The notes beneath the pieces are model-generated. The model had not been told where the DNA came from. It saw nothing but the letters and a program-made list of their open reading frames with translations, and did not search any database. This document shows, in pieces, positions 52,417 to 64,000 of a stretch of DNA of 64,000 nucleotides (positions are counted from its first letter, which is position 1; every line of letters starts with the position of its first letter). The DNA lies in NCBI GenBank assembly GCA_904063045.1, contig CAJFCJ010000001.1:2604001-2668000 (forward strand), written 5' to 3'. This stretch comes from Dimorphilus gyrociliatus (Eukaryota > Animalia > Annelida). A program made the position numbers and the translations under genes.

Positions 52417-53328
52417 TTTATACCAATTCCTAATAACTTAACAAATCTTAATGACAAAATCAAAAGCAACGTTGAAATATTGTTGCTCAACTTTTACTAG
52501 AGATCATCCATGTTTAATTTAAGCCTGTACAAAAATCACGTGGTTACTTTGGTTTCGTACTAATAAAAGTAGTTTGTCTAATGTTTATAATGTTTGGATA
52601 GTTCTATTAACATATTAATCTTTTTTTTAATTATAAGATAATATTCATGAAAATAATGAAATTTTAAAGCATTTCAATTTATGTATAAAACTAAGTTCAT
52701 CCTTCTCCTTGTGGAGATTTAATACTCTTTATTCAGAAAGAAATATAAACTTTAATCAATAAAGTGAAGTAGACATAAAAAATAACTGAAAGTGAAAGTG
52801 AAAACATATATCTATAAGCTTGTTTAATTGTAATCAGAGATGCCTTCAAGGAATGAATAAAGGGTGAATTGTTGTAAGATAGATAGGAGTAATTTGAAGA
52901 TCAAATTCAGAATTCCTAGCGTTAGTCTTTTTATCACCTATTTTGTCAATTTAACTAACGCATTTCATTATTAAATCGAATTCCTTGTATATTTTCAATA
53001 TGTGGAATTTGAAATATGTGAAAAGAGATAAAGAGAAAAATGATTTAATTCTATCCTTGAATAGCAGTTGTATTCGCCTTCGAGCAAGTCTCTTCTTTTC
53101 TTGTTAACAAATACTTAAGAAATTATACATTATTAAGATTCTTAATTTATTGAAAATTTTTTGTAAATGGTTAAAAATATATAGTATATACTGCTGTATT
53201 TTCGAGACAAAAATTAAAGTGGTAGTTTCTGGGTGGAAAGCAGTGAGATTCTATTAAAATCTTTTGTATAATTCCATCGATTCTTCATCCTTAGACTTAA
53301 GAAAATTAACTATGAGAATATATTTCTT

Positions 53329-55908
53329 CTACTCTGTTCCCTCTTTTCCTTCGCTCTGCTTTAGAAGACTACGACCAAAGACCATATCGTTCATTCGTGA
53401 ACTTTGCACCATTGACTGTAAGAATGCTTGAACGTCTTCGAGACTATCAACACCTTCTTCTCTTCTTTCTTCATCCGAATCGGATCTTTCTCCTTCTCTT
53501 TCAAAACCAACAGAAGAATAAAAGAATTCATTCGTTAGCGTGCCTGTCTCCCCACAATCTGAACTTGATTCAAGTACAGAGTCCTCTAAAGGGAATTCTT
53601 CTAATTGATCATCATTTTGATCCTCCCTGACGCGAGCGGCATCTTCTTCATTAGCTACAGCATTTTCTGCCAATTCTGCAGTCATTCTTACTATATCCAT
53701 AGTTTTTTGCATTTCAATCATACGATCTTCTGCAGATGGACCTCTAACCGAACCTTCAGATTCATCTTCCTCTTCCAGTCCGAATTCTAAATCGTCGCTT
53801 CCAGTGGCATTCCAGCCTGTAGCAACTTCTCGTTCGTTATTTGTTCTAGAGTTTCTCTCATTCTCGTCTCTTAGACCCGTTAATTCGATTCTTAGTTTGT
53901 TATTAGTATTTTCTAATTGTTTTATATATGCCTCCAAATCGCGGCATTTTTGATAATAGTTAGGAGATCGAACTTGGAATCTTAGTGTTATTGAATCATC
54001 GACTTCGTTAAGGAAATTTTCGCTAGTTAATAATTCCAATCTGTAAAATCTATTATATCCCCAACATTCTCCTTGTTCAAAATCTGAAGCGAATTCTCTT
54101 ACCACATTCCTGGACGGATCATTTTGATAATGAGGATGCAGTAATTCAATTTTATATTCATATTTTGAACTTTCCTGTTTAGATAGCAAAAAAAAAGTTA
54201 ATTTATAGTTTTTTTAAGAGTTTAAAATTATAAGTAAAAAGAAAAGAGCCAATTTACCTGGAATCCAGAGTGAAGTTCTAGAAAAACTGATAGATAATTG
54301 CCTCTTACAACTCCATTACCATCAGGGTAAACTTTCAATCGCCAAGCCAGACCAGCCGCTTGCATAACATCGCTAAAAACTGGTGCAGCTCGTTTTCTTT
54401 TCTGAGAAAAAGGTTTTACCTTAAATATTCCTACATCATATGATGGAACGATTTCAGATTGGAAGTCGGTTGAGACTGACACCGTTTCTAATTTTGGTTG
54501 ATTCGATGACAAAAATTTTTGTAAATCCTCCTTTATTTCCGATGAACGTTCAACCATTTCACTTTTTGAATACGTCTTCTTTTGACGTTCATATTCTTTG
54601 AGGAATGTATCTAGTTTTTCACTTTCAGTTTCGAGATCTTTTCTTTGAGCTTGCAGAGATTCTAATTTACCCTTTAACTGGGCTTCTAAGTGGGCAATCA
54701 TTTCTTCAACAGCATTTCTCATTTCCCTGACTCTTTGTTCCTTCGCTCTTTGTACATTATCAATGTTTCTTCTAATCGATTGCATACTACCAATTATTTC
54801 ACAATGGCGTTTTCTTAATTCTCCAATCTGTTAAATAAAAATAAATAATCATTTACGAAGCGATAACAAAGAATAATAAGAGAATAAACAGAACTAGGCT
54901 GATGTCTACTTACGAGTTCATTAACATGTTTCATTTGTTCATTATAGACTTCATCAACTGGACGGAAGACATGCGAATGGTGTTCGCCAGTCCATAGAGC
55001 GCACTGATGACAAATGCAAATATCACAGGCTTCGCAAAATACAGATAATTTTTCACCGTGTCTGTCGCACTTTTTAACGGTAACTTTCTTATTAAAGATT
55101 CGTAAAGAGTCTAGTTGTTCTATAAGTTCTTGCCCCCATCTGTTAAAATAGATAAATGAACTAATTATTCAAATTAACAATTAATATACTATAGATGAAA
55201 ATAAATAGTCAATTACGAGTGTAATTATTTTATACAAAAACTAAAGTAATCTCAGTTATGAGAATTGAATCAATTGTACATAGGCCTTTATTAAAAATCC
55301 AAATCATATTAAAAATTATGATTTATTTATATGAAAAATTAGATAGCAAATACTTTATTTAAAGTTTTCCAAGTGTAAAGTGAATAATTAAAGAAAGCGA
55401 TTACATTATGACACTCTCTTATGTATTCTAAAAAAAGATCTTTTTGTAGCTTTCGAAAGAAAAAGCTATTAACTTGAAATCTTTTAAGACTTTTTTTATT
55501 GATTCTTTTATTGAACAATTATTGGTAGTAAATCGCGAATTTAACGCTAGACAGTTTGATACTATACAAAAAAAAAGAGTAAGGGGAAAAAAGAGGTTGA
55601 GATAATTAGGAATCGTGAAATAGTGAGTATTCTAATAGAATATGTTCAATTTAACAATAAAGTTCAACAAACCTGCACTTGACAACCTCACTAATATGTA
55701 GAGGAGCTCGGCAGTAGGGACATTGCTCTTTTGCGTCGATTGTCAACCACTTTTGGATGCAGCCAAAACAAAATAACTTGGAACAATGTGGGCAAATCGA
55801 AGCGTCCGTTAACTTGTCCAGGCAAACGCAGCAACGAAACATTTCTGCTAAAGATTCTATTGATTCGACATCAGTCTCAAATGTTTCATCTTCCCGACAC
55901 TTTGCCAT
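53329..55908 (-). CDS. TRIM37: E3 ubiquitin ligase TRIM37 (RING, B-box, coiled coil, MATH)
   Basis: [18 protein letters not shown]...CPHCSKLFC...CPYCRAPL, B-box [44 protein letters not shown] and [17 protein letters not shown] further short exon near 53255-53310 is possible. Confidence 0.95.
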
Positions 55909-56668
55909 ATTTCTCACTTTTTTGGTCGATTGGACGGTAAGGTTTATTTCGCTTTTCGATAGAAACACAGGGTAAATAGGGGATATGATTTTTTCTCGGT
56001 ATGGCTATCTACTCTATATTTACGTGGAAGACGCAACCCGTCTATTAAACAGCCTAAGAGTCTAAAACTTATCTTGGCTTTCTACTTTCTCTTCAATGCT
56101 TTTTAATAAAATTTCAAATTAAATGAATTATTATCCACAATATTTTTAAAATTTTCACGATAACTGCCTCTAATTACCAATATAAAAACTGTTAGTGAGA
56201 GTAGTATTCTTAGTTGTAATACACAATACAGTTGCTCTTGAGTTCAAATGGCCTATGCTCGTTGTAGTAAAATAACACAGCTAATGGGCCTACGTTTCGA
56301 AGGCAAAGCTCTGGTCGTTATATGTAAATAAAAAGCATAAAGAAATTAGCATGCTATTGGAAAAAAACTAAGTAAAAAATTATTTCTTGCACAAAACTGC
56401 TTGTATCTTCCATGATAAAAAAAAAAATGTGTTTCATTTTCAAACTTAAAATTCTCTTTTATGAGCTTTTAGCCGGTCGTTGAACGACTAATAAGTTCGT
56501 ATCAAAAACAGTTTGTATATGAACTATAAATATCTTTCCTCGACAAATTTTGATCAGATCAAGAGCTGAATAGAGCGCAAAGAGGATTAGACCGGCCAAT
56601 GACCCGACACTTGTATCTAGTAATTAAACAACGCCACCTATCGGATACTGCGCCATATTGAACCTAAA

Positions 56669-59600
56669 ATGGCAGCGCAGCATATCGTAGTACCGCCATC
56701 GAAACATACGATATTTATCCGAGGATTTTCGTCTCGAATTCCAGCGGATAATATCAAGTAAGAGATAATAATTTACTGCATATCAAATGTGTTTCGTGTC
56801 ACTGATAAGTTAAAGAGAAAGTGGTAAATTATACGTAAATGTTCCTCAGGTGTAGTTGTGCAGACCTGTCGTAACGCTCATTACAATCGAACATTATACA
56901 TAATGAATTATGTGTTATTTATTGATCGTTGAGTAAGGGCGTCAGCTGCTACTATTTTTTATTTCTACAACGTATATTTACTGGAATTATAATTTTAAAA
57001 AGTTATTTTGATCTACTTTCTTTTTCAATTTGGCAACAAGCAATACACTAAAATTTTACTTCCGTGATCTTGAAACAGGTCTTTTTTTGAGAATGAAACG
57101 AGAGAAACAGCTTCTTTGGAATTTTTTCGTGAATCTGAAGATAAAAAGAATCTGTATGTTGCTCTCAGATTTGAATCTAAATCGGCAGCTAAAGACGCAC
57201 TCGACAGGTAATAAAATCAATAAAAACTTATGCATGCAGAAAACAGACTATGCAAAATATTTGTATACATAGATTTAACGGAAAAGAGGTACTTGGCTCT
57301 TTCATAAAGATCACATTCTTTCGTGATATGAAAAAAGCAAGGCAGAAGGCACAAGAAATGTATGAACAAGGAGAGGGACCAGATCCTCGTGAAATCTTTA
57401 AGAGCGGAGGTCAAAGACAAACGAGAGGACGAGGAATTGGATTTCCTCCGAGAAACCATAGCCGTACTAGAGTAAATCATGGTAAATAATCTTTAGTATT
57501 TCCGTTTATTTAATTAAAACGCCTTGAAATTTAAAACTAGCTCTAATCTTTCAAATCGAACTTAGAAGAAATAAAAAAATACATAAAACGTTACGTTATA
57601 TTATATATTATAGATACTTCAGTACGTTAATTTTATCGCCATATAAATTGAAGAGAATATATTGAATAGTCATAAATTAATTAATTAACAATTTTATATT
57701 TAGTTGTTATATTGAATTAATTTTCTGTAGGACATGACGCTGCTAGAAGAGGCTACAACGAAAATTACTATACGAAGCATGACAGATATTCCTCCTCCCG
57801 TTCCATGTCTGCTTCGTACTCTCGAAGCAGGTCTTATTCACCAAAACATTCAAGAACGAACTCTTTTTCCGAATACTCTCCTGTTCCTGAAAAAAGAGAG
57901 AAAAAAATGTAAGTAACTATTGAATATTTTAATTTATACTGTTAGTTTCCCCTTTCCAATTTTTTTTTGTTTTTTTTTTTCAAATTCAAAAAGTAGACAA
58001 TTTTTTTCATACGATTAAAACTTGTAACGGTTCTACCAAAAGTGGTCCATTAAAGGCAAGATTAAAAAAAAGTTTCATTTTATAGGGAACTTTTTTTCTT
58101 TGCGTTTTCCTTATTTTTAACTGGGACAAACAATCCTATTTTGTTTTATATAGGAATAAAAAATATTCATCAGTATGTTTCCTGGAAGGAAAATATTCTT
58201 ATTTGGACAATATCACCAAGAGCTATAATGCTAAAAATACATTCTCTTCTCTCTCTCTCTGTTTATCTTCTCTCATTCTCCGTATTTCTATAAAATATAT
58301 ATATATGCTATATATATATGTATATATAAAAGCTTATATATATTTATATATATATATATATATAAATCTTCTCTCTATATCTCATTCTTTGTTGTTCTTT
58401 GCTGTACAAAAATCATCGATTGCACAACGAACGAATTGCTTTATGGCACCCATCTTGTTCATAAAACGATCGATTCCTTAGCTGTTGTTAAATTCGTTGA
58501 TTGAAACTGGAATACTATCCTTCATGTAACTTGTACAACGATAAATACTTGGAGATAGAACTAAATTTATAAAAAAATAATATAAAAATCATAATCTAAA
58601 TACTATTTCATATATGAAATAAATCAGTGGAAATATGTGGGTTGGAAAATTATTATTAAACTATAAAAATAACATAAATTTTCTGTTTTTATTGGTAATA
58701 ATATTGATTTTTGGAAGAAATTTTTCTGCTCTTTATTACTGGAAGAATTAATCATAAATAGTATCAAATAAATATGTAAATTATAATATCATTTTTTGCC
58801 CTATCCTTAATTGTTCGATAATCCTTTAAACAAAATATAACTATGTATCTCCACTTTTCGGGATAAATATTATTTGACAAAAACTTAATCAAAAACAAAT
58901 AAATTCGATTACGCATCCTAATTAGAAATCTGAGATTTGCTTGATGTTGTTTTGGCGATTTTTTTATTTAATCCCCAATTCTTCACAATACACTCCTGAG
59001 GAGGAGAGAAGAAAGGTAAAGAAAATAGCTTTGATGATTGGATCGGTTTTTTTTTTTTAAATAATAGTGTTAAAATCTTTAAAAAAATATATCTTTTTTT
59101 TATCATTTACTTTTTATTCTGTGAAAAAGAAATGTTTTATTAACTCTAAAAAAAAATTAAAAAAACAATTGCGAAGAATTTGTCTATATTCAAGGCTTTA
59201 CAACTTTCATTTTCTGTTTCTGAAGTATTTTTTTTTATTAGGCATCCTGAATCAAAGGAAGGACACTTGAAGTCGAAAACTGATGTTGGTAAGTCAAAAA
59301 CTTACAACCAATATACATACGATGAAGAGGAGGATGGCGAGTATGCATCGGCAGATAACCGTCAGAACTATGACGATGACATGGAAGGATATGCATCAGA
59401 TTACAATAGAAAAGGATCTCAGTCAAAATCTGTAATAGAATTAGGCGTTTCGGGAACTAATGGTGCAGTGAAACAAGAGAAGAAAAGGAGAATTGAAGGA
59501 ACCGATGATTTGGATGAACTTTTTAGTTTTAGACCAGAGAAATTGGCCAAAGTTCAAAAGAAAAAAGATGAAATTGAGAAATCTTTCAAGCAGGATTGTG

Positions 59601-59752
59601 AAACTTTTGCTGCAGTAGTAAAGATGCTGATTAGCAAGGACGAATCTCTTGAAGAGAAGCTGCAGAATTCCTTAAAAGAGAATCTTAGAGAGATTGGTCA
59701 AAGATGTATTCAAGAGCTGAAAGAATATATTGAAAATCTAAAAGAAGAGTAA
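56669..59752 (+). CDS. PPHLN1: Periphilin-like protein with N-terminal RRM and RS/RG-rich region
   Basis: Five exons with consistent phases: 56669-56757, 57079-57207, 57273-57481, 57731-57908, 59242-59752 (371 aa). C-terminal EIEKSFKQDCETFAAVVKMLISKDESLE...LREIGQRCIQELK closely matches the recalled human periphilin EIEQVYRQDCETFGMVVKMLIEKDPSLE...LHEIGERCVEELK. Confidence 0.8.
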
Positions 59753-60676
59753 AACAATACTTTTATTTTGCTTTTTTATTCGAATTTGCCATGCAAGTTT
59801 ATTACTTTGTAATGTGCTTGTTTTTGTTTTGTTTTGTACGATGTGATTTTGTTGTAAGGTTTGTACTATTTATTTATAATATACCTGTATAAAAGCGTAA
59901 GTTCTAGTAATTCACAATTTACTATTTTGTCAAATTTCAATTCTTTCAATAAAATAAATAAATATACATATAAAAAAAATTCTCACTTTTTGAGAGAGTG
60001 AACATCTTTTATGTCGGTTCTCAAATGTGTCTTACTATTTGGATTATAAGCAATTTTCTTTGCCAGATAAACTATATTGACAAATATATATACTGTATAT
60101 CAAATATATATATATCTTATTTTTGCCTTTAATAAATACTGCTACTATACAACAAGCTATTGCTGTAATTAACTCCTACACGATTTACCTGTTGATGTTG
60201 TGACAATGATTTTTTGTCTTGATCATTTTGCTTTAGAAATATAATAAGTTAATCTTAAGGAAGCTATTATTCTTTTCCTTTATATATACTATATATGCAA
60301 AGAGACTTTTAGCGATATTTGCAACGCTTTCCCGACATTTAATTAACAAGCATTAATACCACATATTTGAAAGTTATAACCTACTGTTACTTTTTATATA
60401 AAAATCAATCAAATATTTAGCCGTACCGGAAAAAGTCTGTATACGACAGGCATCCACTTTCCTAGATTGAATTGAGATAGGAAATGTAAGGCTACCTCTA
60501 AATTTATATAGACTGATATATATCTGCTGGTCTGCTAAAGTTTTAAGTTTTACTTGAAGAATAAAAACAATTGATTTTATCATATTTCTTATTCATGTCT
60601 ATTATTTATTATTTTGATATCGTATTAGGAAAGTTCAAAAATTGTCCGGTTTATTTTACAACATTCTCTCGAATGC

Positions 60677-62524
60677 TTAATAAGAGAATCGGTTTTCTTC
60701 TTTATAACCGAGTTTGTCCAAATTTGGCTTACAAGCGTAATCAATCATTGGTGGTGGACCGCACATAAGCACAATGGTTTCGTCGCCGGGTGGAGAAAGA
60801 CGGTCCGCAATCATTTGATCGTTTACGAATCCCGAGCTATAAGTCCAAGATTGTGGAGGTCTATCTAAAGTATACCATACTTTGAATTGATCGCCATATC
60901 TAGCTTCGTAATCGTCTATTTCGTTACGCAAAAGAATATCTTCTTCCGTCTGCACATAAATTAAAGATATTAACACAATGGAAATGATAACAAAGCCATT
61001 ACACACCTGATTGGCAAATATTAATGTCAATTTTGTATTATCTTCAGGATCCTTTAGGATTTGTCGAGCTAACTGCATCATAGGAGTAATACCAGTTCCA
61101 CCAGCAATCATTGCAAGATTCTTGAAAGACTTTGCCTCTGGAGGAGACTTTTTATCTTTTTGAATCTTAAATTGACCTTTACCCTCGTATACTAGTTTTC
61201 CATTCGGGCCTCTAAAATCAATGCTGTCGCCGATGGACATAGCATCAAGGTATTGCGACATTTTGCCACCATTCGGGAACTTTGGATGGACATTAGCTTT
61301 ATAAATCTTTACGACCAAGTCTACTTTCCCAAGATCCTCATCACTGCTTACTGGGGTATATGGTTTGACGACAGGTTCATTGTCAATTCTGCAACTCAGA
61401 TATATATGCTGTCCAGTTGGAAGTCCTAAAATATGTTCGTTACTAGGAAGGGCAAAACGGAAGAGACGAGTATCATGACTAATATCCTAAAAAGAAACAA
61501 TTACTACTTTAAAATCTATAGTCAAAAAAATAATGCTTATTCTGAAGATCCTACAACAGCGAGTATATTGTTAAATTTATATAGAATCTTCTATTATTTA
61601 TACAATATTTGCATTCAAGTCTAAAAAAATTCAATTTTGTCAAAGTAATCAAACCTCTTTGTAAACCAACTTTAAGGGATATTTGACAGAAGGTTCCTTC
61701 AGAGTAACAGGCCTTTTCTTTTTTCCGAATAAGAAAATTTTGGCCAACACAGCACTGACAACAACAGCACCTACAGCAACTGCAATAGGCAGTACCTAAA
61801 AAAAATAAAACACAAACATTCATTATAAACAACTTATTATATTTAGAGAGATCTTAATGTTATATTCAATTGCAAACAGTTTTATATATTGAAATAATCA
61901 CAATAATAATAATATAGCTATATATATAATAGTCATAAAGGGCAAGGGGATTTTGAACAGGCTGTAAACCTAAACAGGATGGGGATTTTCATCAGTTTAT
62001 TAGTCATTTGGCAGGGTTTAATTAATTTAACATTGGTTTTAAAAACGAAAAGCAGAAACCTCTACTAAACGATTTTAAAGTAAAACCAGATGCTTTAGAT
62101 TTTCTCGGAAAAAAGTAGAAAACTTTTTTAAAGGTAGCTGATAATATAATCATTTGATACCAATCGTAATCTTTTACCTTTTCTAAGAAAAACTTTTTGC
62201 ATAAATTTAATAATTTTCCTACAAAATCATAAAATGTCCCAAAACAATTCTATTTTTTATCTGAATGCATACTATCAAAATAATAATTTATAGTTATCTT
62301 CGAAACGTGTATGTACCTTTGATAGAATGCCTCCTGACATGATGTTGATACAATTTTTAAAACCAGAAAGTGACCTTGTAAACCACGTAGCTATAGCTTC
62401 AAGTTTTGAGAGGACATTTAATGTTTTAAACAATCAAGAGGCTAATAGTCTTAAAATTTAATTAACAGTGTTATAATCATTGCATTAAGTTATGGATACT
62501 TACAGCAAACGAAGAACCGGGCAT
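60677..62524 (-). CDS. CYB5R3: NADH-cytochrome b5 reductase
   Basis: Membrane anchor [36 protein letters not shown]...[45 protein letters not shown] and LMCGPPPMI. First exon uncertain (62524 or 62340). Confidence 0.93.
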
Positions 62525-63015
62525 TCTCTACCGTAATTGATCTCTTAGAAAGCCAAATTCAGGACAACGAAATATACTTTTCATTAAAATGAAATCTGGT
62601 AGCTGTTATCTTTTAACGTTTAAATATCCCTCTGCAAAGTTAATTTAATGTTAGTTTTGTTATTTTTGTAATCAAGTATTCTTTTAGAAGATTAATCTTT
62701 TAAATATCCAATGGTTTAAAAGTAATTTATTATTTTAAACTTTAAGTTATATATACAATAGGTGGCGCTATTGTTGTCGTTCAATAAAAAAAAAACATTT
62801 TACTACTTGCATATAACATTTATTCATTTTCATTTCAAAAAAAATGCACAAAGTAGATTGTACCATTAAAGTGGTCTGAACACAACGTTAACGGCAAAAT
62901 GCAGCTATAATGATACAAAAACAAAAAAGTCTTCTTTTTCTTTTCTTTACGAAGAAGCACCAATTGATGAGATCCGTCCCGATATGAACATAATAAAAAA
63001 AAACAAGCATATTGC

Positions 63016-64000
63016 TTATACATCAGTCTCTGGTAAAAAGTGGTCAAATCCGTCCTTTAGCTGTTCATCCGGCATTGATGAATATTGACTATCGCTTGAC
63101 GAAGCTCTTGGCGACTTCGTTTCAGTTGCGGAACGGCTAAGCAGTTGGGTTAGTTCATCCGATTCTTCGTCCACCGACCTCTCTTCCATATATGACTGCT
63201 AGGTTATAAATAAAGAATAGAATAATTTTCTGCTTGCATGTAAAGAATAAAAAAAAAGATCGTACCCCGTAAGTAACTAGTCGTTCAATTATTTTATCAG
63301 TAGCTGATGAAATGGCGGAAAAATATGGTCTTGCATTGGGATCCTCTTTCCAACACATTGTCATAATTTCGGCAATTTCATCGCTCATGTATTTGGCTTT
63401 AGGCATTCTATAACCGTTATTTAGTAATACAAACAAGGCAGCCGGTTCATGGTCTTCGTATGGTTCGGCCCCATAGGAAAATATCTCCCATAAAACCACT
63501 CCATATGCCCAAACATCAGACATTATAGTAAACTTAAAATCAAAAAGTGTTTCTGGCGGCACCCACTTAATCGGTATTCTACCCCCAGGCCTCAAGCGGT
63601 AATACTCTGTCTCCGTTAAATCTCTTGATAGGCCGAAATCAGCTATCTTAGCTACCCCGTTAGAAGCTACTAAAACATTCCTGGCGGCTAGGTCGCGATG
63701 TATGCACTGCCTGTTGGATAAGTATTCCATACCCCTGGCAATCTGCCACGCCAAGTGTACGAGATCTTTATAATCCAGTATACCGTCGCTTCCGGCAGGC
63801 GGCGAGTGCCTTCTCAAGTACAACTGCAGATTACCGTGCTCGGCGTATTCTGTTATCAAGTACATATTTCCCTCGAAAGTTGTATAGCCAACCAGGCTAA
63901 TAATATTTATATGGCTACCGATTGTCTTCATGCGTTCAAACTCTTTCCACATGTCTATAACATCCCGGTCTGTAGCATTTTCTCTAAGTTTTTTCACAGC
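63016..64000 (-). CDS. Receptor tyrosine kinase of FGFR/RET type; kinase domain and tail, 5' part outside window
   Basis: HINIISLVG, EYAEHGNLQLYLR, QIARGMEYLSNRQCIHRDLAARNVLV, KIADFGLSRD...YY, IPIKW, SDVWAYGVVLWEIFSYGAEPY. Terminal exon 63198-63016. Confidence 0.88.

Noticed and set aside
56230-56255. B-box-like GAGTTCAAAT suggesting a tRNA or SINE
   Set aside because: No A-box at a suitable distance and no cloverleaf. No tRNA, rRNA or CRISPR-like array was found anywhere in the window.
55908-56669. Functional coupling of head-to-head TRIM37 and the periphilin-like gene as a silencing module
   Set aside because: Head-to-head pairs of unrelated genes are common throughout this window, so adjacency alone is not evidence.
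58203-58481. 92-aa ORF in the periphilin intron and similar low-complexity or antisense ORFs in the track
   Set aside because: These run through TA/CT microsatellite-like sequence or are shadows of real exons on the other strand. They have no recognisable motifs.
60953-61009. Introns that read through in frame without stops (CYB5R3 57 nt, TSC2 near 7402-7467, TXNDC16 near 34583-34650)
   Set aside because: With roughly a hundred short introns in the window, a few stop-free 3n introns are expected by chance. There is no evidence of regulated retention.

Overview
AT-rich, gene-dense eukaryotic DNA with many 50-70 nt GT-AG introns. It comes from a compact invertebrate animal genome. The gene content (TRIM37, TXNDC16, a periphilin domain, a GON7-like gene) suggests a non-insect, non-nematode lineage such as a lophotrochozoan; this is inference only. 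About 20 protein-coding genes were assembled by hand: TSC2 (5'-truncated), a gene nested antisense in a TSC2 intron, MTPAP, MRCK/CDC42BP, PGD, EFL1, TXNDC16, an SLC25A45/29-type carrier, POLR3F, FBXO45, a BED-like two-zinc-finger gene, DDX47, a divergent presenilin, NOC4L, a GON7-like gene, GFM2, TRIM37, an RRM-periphilin gene, CYB5R3 and the 3' end of an FGFR/RET-type receptor tyrosine kinase. There are also degraded BEL/Pao LTR-retrotransposon fragments and a decayed intron-containing partial copy of EFL1. Most notable: (1) a periphilin (HUSH-complex RNA-binding subunit) C-terminal domain fused to an N-terminal RRM and RS region, with a candidate NMD poison exon; (2) an 8-exon secreted PA + cysteine-rich EB-like + PAN/apple-like gene inside one TSC2 intron; (3) tandem CRIB exons in MRCK, one of them a frame-preserving cassette; (4) the EFL1 remnant just downstream of the TXNDC16 stop codon. 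No tRNA, rRNA or CRISPR features were seen. Homology calls come from recalled motifs, not database searches, and exon boundaries are hand-derived.
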